Assembly (NCBI GenBank): GCA_044868695.1
Contig: JBIOWP010000144.1
Location: 1-11,522, forward strand
DNA length: 11,522 bases
Direction of reading: 5' to 3'
Source of the DNA: a bacterium
GTDB lineage: Bacteria; Sysuimicrobiota; Sysuimicrobiia; Sysuimicrobiales; Kaftiobacteriaceae
Made by a program: the position numbers and the translations under genes. The notes under the pieces are model-generated. The model saw only the letters and a list, made by a program, of their open reading frames with translations, was not told the DNA's origin and made no database searches. Below, in pieces: positions 1 to 6,858 of the stretch (positions are counted from its first letter, which is position 1; each line of letters starts with the position of its first letter).

Positions 1-419
1 GCTGCACCGGCTCCCATGTCCACTTCGAAGTGCGCGTCCAGGGCCGGGCGGTGGACCCGCTCGCCTTCCTCATGCCGTCGGCTCGCGCCGCCGCTCAGAC
101 CCTCCCGGCCGCGGGGCCAAGCGCGCGCCCAGTCCCGGCGCCGCAGCCGTTGCTCGCCCCGGATCAGATGGAGGTCGAGCGCGCCACCCGCGGCGGCGTC
201 ACGATCGTCCGGTACGTCAAGCTGGCGGACGACATGATCGTCATGACCGAGGATACGTTCCTGCGCGGGGAGCTCGTGACGCGCGAAGAAGACATCATCG
301 CGGTCCGCGACGGCCGCCGCTTCCGGACCAAGAAAATCTACACCATGCAGAACGGCCGGCTGACACTGGTGGCGGAAGACACCGTCGCGCTCGACGACCC
401 CACCGAAGACAGCGACTAG
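1..419 (+). CDS. M23 family metallopeptidase, 3' part (5'-truncated by window edge), with Pro/Ala linker and C-terminal domain of unknown function
   Basis: The frame from nt 3 reads [23 protein letters not shown], matching the M23 C-terminal HxH motif (STGPHLHFEVR..G..VDP..L). The frame is open from the window edge, so the GTG at 30 is internal. Stop TAG at 417-419. Confidence 0.85.
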   Translation, partial: CTGSHVHFEVRVQGRAVDPLAFLMPSARAAAQTLPAAGPSARPVPAPQPLLAPDQMEVERATRGGVTIVRYVKLADDMIVMTEDTFLRGELVTREEDIIAVRDGRRFRTKKIYTMQNGRLTLVAEDTVALDDPTEDSD

Positions 420-2197
420 CCGACCGGCTGCTCCGCCGGTAGCATCCGCTCCCCCTGCCACAACCGCTGCATCTCAGGAGACGTCCGCAGCAACTCATCC
501 AGGGAGCCCACCGCTTCAATTCGCCCGTCTTTGAGCACGATGATCCGGTCGGCGCGGCGGAAGGCAATCTTGCGGTGCGACACGACCAGGCACGTCACGT
601 CCTCCAACGCGAACAGCCGCTCCCACAACGTGCGCTCCGTCTCCACGTCCAGGGCGCTGCTGAGATCGTCGATCACCAGCAGTTCCGGTTTGCGGACGAA
701 CATGCGCGCCGCCGCGGTACGCTGAACCTGCCCCCCGGACAGCTTGACCCCCCGCGGGCCGACGACCGTCTCGAGACCTCGCTCTAGCACTTCCACGTCG
801 CGCTCCATCACGGCGGACCACACCGCCCCCGGCAGGTCTGCCCGCGTCACGGGGAGCCCGAACAGCACGTTGTCCTTCAGCGCCTCGCTGAACAAGCGCG
901 GCACCTGAGGGATGTACGAGGCTCGCGGGGCTACGAAGAACTCCGCGGGGCGTTCGACGCGTTCCCCGTTCCAGTAGATCTCGCCCGCGTCCGTGGGGAG
1001 CAGTCCGATGAGCGCGCGCACCAGCGTGCTCTTGCCCGACCCGATGCGACCGGTCACGACGGTAAACGATCCGCGCGGCAGCGTGAAGCTGATGTTCTCG
1101 ATCCCGCGGCCGGTCACCGGATCGCGGAATGTGAGACCGCGCACGTCCAGGGTTTCAAGGCGGTCACTCTCGGTCTTCTCGGCAAACGGCACGTCCGGCA
1201 GCGGTCCGGTCAGGAACACCGGATGGTGCTCCACCAGGCGCTCCGGCGGCTCGTCCTGCAGGAGTTCCACCAGGCGCTGGATCGACACGCCGGTCTGGCG
1301 GAAGCGCGCCGAGAAGTTCCCGACGAGCGTCATCGCCTCGGTCACCAGACCGAGGTAGAACACGAACAGCGCGAAGTCGCCCACCGTGAACGACCCCGTG
1401 CGGATCGTCTGACCGGCCAGCAGGAGGATGAGCCCGGTGCCCAGGTTGATCGAACTCCAGAACACCGCGCCGAGCAGCTCGGTCAGGAGGCTGTCCTTCA
1501 GCGATGCACGCCGGCGGTCTTCATTTAGGGTGCGGAAGTGTGCGATGACGTGTTCCTCTGCGCCGGCGACCTTGACGGCCTGCACTGCGCCGAACATCTC
1601 GCCGATGAGGTCGGTGACCCGGCCCGCCGCCTCCCGCGCCGCGCGCCGGTAGCGCAGGAGACGCCCGCGCAATGCCGCGACGACTCCCACGATGACCAGC
1701 AGGGGGACGATGACGACCGTGGTGATGAAGGGGTTGACCGCGAACATGATCGCCGCCCCGACGATGCCCGCGAGGAAGATGCCGACCCCGTCGACAACCG
1801 TCTCGACCAGCTTGAGCAGCTCTTCCACGTCGTCCCGGAACCGGCTCATCGCCTCCCCGGGGGAGTCAGGCAGGGCCTTTGCGCCGGGCCGGCTGAGGAT
1901 GCGCTCCAGCAGGTTCCGCCGCAGCAGCCCGGCGCGCCCGAAGAAGTACGTGGCCCAGGCGCTGACGCCCCAGATGTTGATGCCGATTCGCACCGCCGCA
2001 ACGCCCACCAGCAGCGCCAGCAGCCCGCCGAGATCGGCGCCCGCCGTCGCGCCGCCGGTGATCGCGTTGAAGATCGCCCGCATGACGAGCCCGACCAGCA
2101 GCGGCGTGAGCCAGAATGCCGTCCACAGCGCCATGTTGAGGGCAAACAGAGGAGGCTCGTAAATCAGCAGCCGCCAGAGCACCCGCCACGTGCTCAC
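416..2197 (-). CDS. ABC exporter subunit (TMD+NBD fused), 593 aa; degenerate Walker B half of a heterodimer
   Basis: N-terminal hydrophobic helices; Walker [10 protein letters not shown]-loop YIPQ, signature LSGGQ, Walker B LLVIDD, D-loop SALD, H-switch VSHR. The GTG start overlaps the upstream TGA (GTGA) and follows a GGAGGAGG RBS. Confidence 0.95.
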   Translation of the reverse strand: MSTWRVLWRLLIYEPPLFALNMALWTAFWLTPLLVGLVMRAIFNAITGGATAGADLGGLLALLVGVAAVRIGINIWGVSAWATYFFGRAGLLRRNLLERILSRPGAKALPDSPGEAMSRFRDDVEELLKLVETVVDGVGIFLAGIVGAAIMFAVNPFITTVVIVPLLVIVGVVAALRGRLLRYRRAAREAAGRVTDLIGEMFGAVQAVKVAGAEEHVIAHFRTLNEDRRRASLKDSLLTELLGAVFWSSINLGTGLILLLAGQTIRTGSFTVGDFALFVFYLGLVTEAMTLVGNFSARFRQTGVSIQRLVELLQDEPPERLVEHHPVFLTGPLPDVPFAEKTESDRLETLDVRGLTFRDPVTGRGIENISFTLPRGSFTVVTGRIGSGKSTLVRALIGLLPTDAGEIYWNGERVERPAEFFVAPRASYIPQVPRLFSEALKDNVLFGLPVTRADLPGAVWSAVMERDVEVLERGLETVVGPRGVKLSGGQVQRTAAARMFVRKPELLVIDDLSSALDVETERTLWERLFALEDVTCLVVSHRKIAFRRADRIIVLKDGRIEAVGSLDELLRTSPEMQRLWQGERMLPAEQPVG

Positions 2198-3930
2198 GCC
2201 AGCACCTCCTCCAGCCCCGTGCGCAGCAGCGAGGCGAAGCGGGAAGCCGGGTCGGCGGCCAGCGCTGCCCGCGAACCCTGTTCGATGGTCCGGCCGGCAT
2301 CCAGAATCATGATCTCGTCGGCCCGGTGGACCGTGGCCAGCCGGTGGGCGATGATGATGGCGGTGCGGCCGCGCAGCACCGCCGCTACCGCCCGCTCGAC
2401 CAGCTTTTCGGTGGCGGGATCAAGCCGCGAGGAAGCCTCGTCAAGGATGACTAGCCCTGGATCTTTGAAGAACACCCGCGCGAACGCCAGCAGCTGCGCC
2501 TCGCCGGCCGACAGCGCGCGTGGACCGATCTGCGTGTCCAGCCCCTGCGGCAGCGATCCGATCCACTCCACCAAACTCAGAGCCCGCAGCACTTCCATGA
2601 TCCGGGCGTCGTCGATGCTGCCGTCAAAGAAGGTCAGGTTGTCCCGCACCGACGCGTGGAACAGCTGCACGTCCTGCGTGACGAGGCCTACGCGGCCGCG
2701 CAGATCGGCCAGCGGCACATCACGAATGTCCGTCCCGCCCAGCCGGATGACGCCCGCGGTCGGGTCATAGAAGCGCACGAACAGCCGGCCGATCGTCGTC
2801 TTCCCGCTGCCGGTCCTGCCCAGCAGTCCGAGCACGCGGCCGGGCGCGAGGCGGAGGGTGATATCCTGGAGGACCGGGTCGTCCTCGACGTAGCCGAAGG
2901 AGACACCATCGACGTCCACCGCGAGGGCTCCCACGGGGAGCCGGCCCGGACCGTCCTTCGTCGCAGTCTCCAGGGTCAGGAGATCGCCCACTCGGCCGAT
3001 GCTCGCGCTCGCGCGCTGCAGCTCCTGCATCTGGCGGGTGATCTGCTCCAACGGCCGGCGGAGCATCTCTGTATAGTGGAAGAACAGGTACACCGTGCCG
3101 ATGGTGATCACGCCTGCGCGCAGCAGGTACGCGCCCATCGCGAACGCGATGGCGTTCCCGACGGCTAGCAGCCCGGCGGTGGTCGCCCACATCATCGTCC
3201 CGCGCAGCCACGCCCTCCGGGATTTCTGCAGCTGGTTGCGCAGCGCGTCGACCAGCCGCCGCATGACATACGGCACGGCGCCGGTGGCGCGGATGTCCTC
3301 GGGGCCCGACAGCCGCTCCTCCAGGAACCCCAGCAGGATGGCACTGGTCTGCCGGGCTTCCTTCCAGTAGGGCACGGCGCTTTCGATGAGCCGGCGGAGG
3401 ATGATTAGCGCACCGATCGTGAACACCGTATACACGAGCCCCACGCGCCAGTCCGATCGGTAGAGCAGCACCAGGATGCCTCCGAGCAGCACCGTATTGC
3501 CGAGCACTCTGATTACGAACTGCGAGAAGAACGAGGACAGCTGCGCGACGTCGCCGTCCACCCGTTCGATCATTTCGCCCGGCGTCTTGGCATTGTGGAA
3601 CGGCAGGTCGAGGCGCAGGCAGTGCAGGGCCAGATCCTCGCGTACTTTGTTGGTGGCCGTCCACCCCACGTTCTCGCTCGCGTAGACCGAGAGCACGGAG
3701 ACCACCTGACCGGTCACCGCCACCATCAAGAACAGCATCGCCAGGCGCACCAACTCCTCGGGGGCCGCTCCCCCTCGCGCACTGTCAATAAACCGGCTGA
3801 CGATCTGAGGGGTGAGCAGCTGAAGCCCGATGCCGACGAGCAGCAGGAGGGCCATCACCGACACCGCCAGCCACTGGGGCCGGAGATAGTCGGCGAGCAT
3901 CGTGCGATGTTGCCGGAATGACACTGCCAT
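2194..3930 (-). CDS. ABC exporter subunit (TMD+NBD fused), 578 aa; consensus Walker B half of a heterodimer
   Basis: TMD followed by Walker [10 protein letters not shown]-loop LVTQ, degenerate signature LSAGE, Walker B LVILDE and H-switch IAHR. RBS GAGGAG lies 5 nt before the ATG. Confidence 0.95.
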   Translation of the reverse strand: MAVSFRQHRTMLADYLRPQWLAVSVMALLLLVGIGLQLLTPQIVSRFIDSARGGAAPEELVRLAMLFLMVAVTGQVVSVLSVYASENVGWTATNKVREDLALHCLRLDLPFHNAKTPGEMIERVDGDVAQLSSFFSQFVIRVLGNTVLLGGILVLLYRSDWRVGLVYTVFTIGALIILRRLIESAVPYWKEARQTSAILLGFLEERLSGPEDIRATGAVPYVMRRLVDALRNQLQKSRRAWLRGTMMWATTAGLLAVGNAIAFAMGAYLLRAGVITIGTVYLFFHYTEMLRRPLEQITRQMQELQRASASIGRVGDLLTLETATKDGPGRLPVGALAVDVDGVSFGYVEDDPVLQDITLRLAPGRVLGLLGRTGSGKTTIGRLFVRFYDPTAGVIRLGGTDIRDVPLADLRGRVGLVTQDVQLFHASVRDNLTFFDGSIDDARIMEVLRALSLVEWIGSLPQGLDTQIGPRALSAGEAQLLAFARVFFKDPGLVILDEASSRLDPATEKLVERAVAAVLRGRTAIIIAHRLATVHRADEIMILDAGRTIEQGSRAALAADPASRFASLLRTGLEEVLA

Positions 3931-3954
3931 GCGAGCTCCTCACGGGTCCGCTAG

Positions 3955-3986
3955 AAATGAAACCGACCACGGCGACCCGTGGCCGG
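3955..3986 (-). terminator. Intrinsic terminator (attenuator 3:4 hairpin) in the 5' leader of the ABC exporter operon
   Basis: Minus strand reads CCGGCCACGG-GTCG-CCGTGGTCGG-TTTCATTT: a 10-bp stem (one G-U) with a 4-nt loop and a U-rich tail, ending 24 nt before the ABC start codon. Confidence 0.75.
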
Positions 3987-4056
3987 GTTGACGCGCAACG
4001 GCCACGGGATCAGAGTCCGCCCGTGGCCGCAAGCCGGTGGAGACCGGAACTACTGC

Positions 4057-4116
4057 TTACAGATCACGGGGCGCACTCAGACGGACGGCAGAACCGAGCG
4101 GTACAATCGTGAACAC
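4057..4116 (-). CDS. Putative leader peptide, 19 aa (MFTIVPLGSAVRLSAPRDL)
   Basis: GTG at 4116-4114 preceded by AAGGGGG at 7-nt spacing; TAA at 4059-4057; lies between the promoter and the attenuator hairpins. It is below the ORF-track size cutoff. Confidence 0.5.
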   Translation of the reverse strand: MFTIVPLGSAVRLSAPRDL

Positions 4117-4150
4117 CGGTGCGCCCCCTTTCCATTAACCTGCGACCCCG

Positions 4151-4179
4151 ACAGTAGCAGAAACCCCCACCCCGGTCAA
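4151..4179 (-). promoter_or_regulatory. Sigma70-type promoter for the ABC exporter leader
   Basis: TTGACC (4179-4174), 17-nt spacer ending in TGC (extended -10), then TACTGT (4156-4151). The -35 overlaps the DinB stop codon. Predicted TSS about 4144. Confidence 0.7.
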
Positions 4180-4676
4180 GCCTGCCTGGGGCCCCGCGAG
4201 CCCGCACACAGCCGCTTCAGAACAAAAATCTGCGCGGCGTGGTAGCTGTCGTGCGTTGCGATGTCGACGGCCAGGTCAATGCCCCGATCGGTCTCACCCT
4301 CCGACCACACCTTGCCGACTGGCTCTCCCAACCGCGCGGCCGGCAACGCGCGGAGATCCGCCATCAGCCGTTCATGCGCCGCCTGGAGCTCCCGTCGCGC
4401 ATCAACCCAGCCCTGGGCCGTCGCCGGGACGGCGCGCCAGTCGGATGCCTCGTCATGCGTCCAGGGCCGGCCCGCGAGTTGTGAAGCCGCGGCATCCTTC
4501 CAGTAGGCCATGTGCAGCACGATTTCGGCGATCGTGTGCTGCTCCGGGTGCGGCCGCCAGTGGGCCGCCTCGACGGTCACGTCCGCGAGGCCGGGCAGGA
4601 CACCCTTGCCTGCCCAGTTGCGCTTGCGGTAGGTCTGGTCGCAGTGCTCGATGACCCACGGCAGGACGTCCGTCAT
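4176..4676 (-). CDS. DinB/YfiT superfamily protein (four-helix bundle, His triad), 166 aa
   Basis: HTIAEIVLHMAYW and HDSYHAAQI motifs supply the three metal-binding His typical of DinB_2. RBS GAGGGGG upstream of the ATG. Confidence 0.88.
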   Translation of the reverse strand: MTDVLPWVIEHCDQTYRKRNWAGKGVLPGLADVTVEAAHWRPHPEQHTIAEIVLHMAYWKDAAASQLAGRPWTHDEASDWRAVPATAQGWVDARRELQAAHERLMADLRALPAARLGEPVGKVWSEGETDRGIDLAVDIATHDSYHAAQIFVLKRLCAGSRGPRQA

Positions 4677-4738
4677 GGCCCCACCCCCTCGAGAATCTCC
4701 CGGCCGGCGCCAGTATCGAGCGCGCGCGGTCCACCGTC

Positions 4739-4754
4739 TGTGACGTCCGTCACA
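4739..4754. promoter_or_regulatory. CRP/FNR-family binding-site-like palindrome upstream of the DinB gene
   Basis: TGTGA-CGTCCG-TCACA matches the TGTGA-N6-TCACA core exactly. It is centred at -41.5 relative to a candidate -10 GATACT (4717-4712, minus). It is also part of a longer inverted repeat at 4731-4763. Confidence 0.5.
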
Positions 4755-4777
4755 TCACGGCGGCTGCCTTCGGGCGG

Positions 4778-6094
4778 TTACTCTCGGATAGTTTCGGGGT
4801 CGGGAGCCCCTCCACCGCTGGATCCCGGTGGAGGAAGGGCCTCGCGCGTCACAAGGGGGGTATCAGGGTAGAGCAGGTACCGCTGCCGCAGCGCGAGGAA
4901 CTGCTGCAGTCCCGGTTGCCACCGCGCGACGATGGCGGCTGCGCTGTCTCCCCGAAGGATCCCGAGGCGCACCTGCTGCGTGCCCCACACGCGGTCGAAC
5001 AGGTACTGGCCGCGCCGCGGACGCCAGAAGGTGAGCCTGCGTCCGTACATCTTGCGGATTTCAACCAGCACGTACACCGCCGTGGTGGAGGGCCGGTAGA
5101 CGGCCGGATCGGTCACGTGCAGCCGCACCCCTGACCAGATCCGGCCGGTCGTGGGATGGGGGATGGATGACGCACTGAAGATGACGCCGGGCAGGCGGTA
5201 CTGGTTCAGCCGTTCGGCCAGCGCCGCGCCGTCGATCCAGGGCGCCAGGATGACGCGGAAGCGGGAGTCGGTGCTCACGCCGTTCCAGAGCCCCGTCCCG
5301 TCGACCGCGCCCGTCGTCGCGTAGTAGTAGGGGCTGTCGTCGGTCAGCAGCCCGGGGGAGGGATTGGCCCACTGGAGGCCGGTGTCCGCCCACTGCATGC
5401 GGCGCGACCAGCCCTGCATCGGAACGACCTGCAGGTCCGCCCCGATCCGGAACGCCTGATTGTACAACTGCGCCAGTTCCCCGATCGTCATGCCGTGCAC
5501 GTACGGGATCGGGTACATCCCGATGAACGACCGGTACCGCGATTCGAGCACCGGGCCATCCACGATCATGCCGCCCATCGGATTGGGCCGGTCCAGGATC
5601 ACGACCGGCTTGTTGGATCGGCGGGCTGCGTCCATCGTCAGCGCCATCGTCGACGCGTAGGTGAACGGGCGTACGCCGACGTCCTGCAGGTCGATGACCA
5701 GCACGTCCACCAGCGACAGCATCCGCTTCGTCGGCTGCGTCACCCGGCCAAAGAGACTGTAGACGGGGGTCTGCGACGGCAGCAGATCAGGATCGGACAA
5801 CTCCATTCCCGAGCCGTTGAACCCGTGCTCCGGTGAAAACACGGCGGTCAGCCGTGCGTCAAGGAGCCCCGCCACGACGACGGCGGTGTGCCGGCCGTCG
5901 CGGGTAATCGCGGCGTGGTTGCTGACGACGCCGATCCGCCGGCCGACCAGCTCGGTCGCCGCGGTCTTGACGACATCGACACCGGGGGAGACATCGGAGT
6001 TCTGCGCCGGCACCGGCACGGCGAGCAGGCAAACCACAAGTGCGCCCGCACAGGGCGCAAGAAGCCGTCGGATGGTCCGGCGCGGTCCCCTCAT
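4778..6094 (-). CDS. namZ: Exo-beta-N-acetylmuramidase NamZ family (DUF1343/YbbC) protein with N-terminal signal peptide, 438 aa
   Basis: Motifs FSPEHG, VYSLFG, DLQDVGVRxFTY, LDRPNP, HGMTIGELA and W.NPSP. The N-terminus has a basic region, a hydrophobic stretch and a VPA cleavage-like site. Confidence 0.85.
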   Translation of the reverse strand: MRGPRRTIRRLLAPCAGALVVCLLAVPVPAQNSDVSPGVDVVKTAATELVGRRIGVVSNHAAITRDGRHTAVVVAGLLDARLTAVFSPEHGFNGSGMELSDPDLLPSQTPVYSLFGRVTQPTKRMLSLVDVLVIDLQDVGVRPFTYASTMALTMDAARRSNKPVVILDRPNPMGGMIVDGPVLESRYRSFIGMYPIPYVHGMTIGELAQLYNQAFRIGADLQVVPMQGWSRRMQWADTGLQWANPSPGLLTDDSPYYYATTGAVDGTGLWNGVSTDSRFRVILAPWIDGAALAERLNQYRLPGVIFSASSIPHPTTGRIWSGVRLHVTDPAVYRPSTTAVYVLVEIRKMYGRRLTFWRPRRGQYLFDRVWGTQQVRLGILRGDSAAAIVARWQPGLQQFLALRQRYLLYPDTPLVTREALPPPGSSGGGAPDPETIRE

Positions 6095-6135
6095 AATCTC
6101 GCCTGCAAGGCGATTTTGCCCGCGGTCAGCGCCCG

Positions 6136-6858
6136 CTAGTCGCGGCGCCCGATATACAACCCGCGACCAATCAACCCTTCGCTGTCAAACGACACGTCTA
6201 GCCCCGCGGCGCGGAACGCCCCGAGATATTCCTCGTGCGTAAACAGGCCAAGAGTGTGGTCTTCCGTAAACTCCGAAATTCCTTCTGGAGTCGCGACCAG
6301 GTAGTGAAAATGCAGCACGCTGAGACTGTCCTTGCGCGCGCTCGTGTTCATGCGGGCGATTTTCAGATCGGGCTGATCCACGAAAACCGCCCCCAGGTGA
6401 CCGGCCTCGAATCGCTCCGGCGTGATCCACGGCTCGACGAGCACCACGCCGCCCGGCGCGGTGTGCCGCGCAAACGTCCGGAGCGTCTGCGCCAAGCGCA
6501 CCACGGTGTGGACGTACCCGATCGAACTGAAGAGACACAGGACCGCATTGAAGGTCCGCCGGAGATCGAAGTCCACCATGTCCGCCTGGTGGAAGCGAAC
6601 TCCCGGACAGCGCCTCCGCGCGACCGCCAGCATCTGCGGGTCGACGTCCAGACCCGCGACCTGGTACCACTCGCGCAGTACGGCGAGGTGGCCGCCGGTT
6701 CCACACGCGACGTCCAGGAGGGACGTCCCCGGCGACCGCCTGCGCTGCTGAATCAGCGCGTGAATGCGCTGCGCTTCGTTGACGTAATCCTTGCCGGCCG
6801 CGGCGTAGATGGCGTCGTAGAACGCGACCGACTTGGTGAACATGCGCTCGTTTGTCAC
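6136..6858 (-). CDS. Class I SAM-dependent methyltransferase, TylM1/DesVI-like (dTDP-aminosugar N-methyltransferase fold), 240 aa
   Basis: YD..Y...GKDY, LLDVACGTG, DMVDFDL, CLFSSIGY, VEPW..PE.F, HYLVA, LFT.EEY..AF.AAGL and GRGLY.G. The GTG overlaps the apgM stop (TAGTG); an alternative ATG lies at 6843. Confidence 0.9.
   Translation of the reverse strand: MTNERMFTKSVAFYDAIYAAAGKDYVNEAQRIHALIQQRRRSPGTSLLDVACGTGGHLAVLREWYQVAGLDVDPQMLAVARRRCPGVRFHQADMVDFDLRRTFNAVLCLFSSIGYVHTVVRLAQTLRTFARHTAPGGVVLVEPWITPERFEAGHLGAVFVDQPDLKIARMNTSARKDSLSVLHFHYLVATPEGISEFTEDHTLGLFTHEEYLGAFRAAGLDVSFDSEGLIGRGLYIGRRD

Larger units (their letters stand above)
3931..4144 (-). promoter_or_regulatory. Structured 5' leader / putative transcription attenuator
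   Basis: Three perfectly complementary 10-mers at 4029-4020, 4008-3999 and 3985-3976, plus the terminator strand at 3972-3963, give alternative 1:2, 2:3 and 3:4 pairings. A 9-bp inverted repeat (4127-4119 / 4076-4068) covers the leader-ORF RBS. Confidence 0.7.

Noticed and set aside
1538..2770. 410-aa plus-strand ORF and the many other antisense or alternative-frame ORFs in the track
   Set aside because: They lie opposite or within well-supported genes, show no recognisable motifs, and are expected shadows in high-GC DNA.
3941..4070. CRISPR-like or transposon-end interpretation of the CACGGG repeats
   Set aside because: The repeats are 6-10 nt, alternate in orientation and are irregularly spaced, and there is no cas or transposase gene; alternative RNA pairing explains them better.
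4064..4135. Alternative 23-aa leader ORF MERGRTGVHDCTARFCRPSECAP (three Cys)
   Set aside because: The ATG is about 9 nt from the predicted TSS with no well-spaced SD, whereas the GTG ORF has a good RBS. It is not fully excluded.
3931..4144. Known riboswitch or T-box in the ABC leader (CTGAG as in TPP; GGTGGAGACCG as in a T-box)
   Set aside because: The other TPP core motifs are absent, and the T-box-like string is on the wrong strand for the ABC genes and deviates from consensus. An Rfam scan would be decisive.
6020..6094. Tat signal in NamZ (RR pairs)
   Set aside because: Neither RR pair fits S/T-R-R-x-F-L well; it is more simply a Sec signal with a basic N-region.
6136..6420. Horizontal-transfer signal from lower GC in the methyltransferase 3' end
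   Set aside because: The dip is short, within one intact gene, and has no flanking repeats or mobility genes; it is too weak to call.
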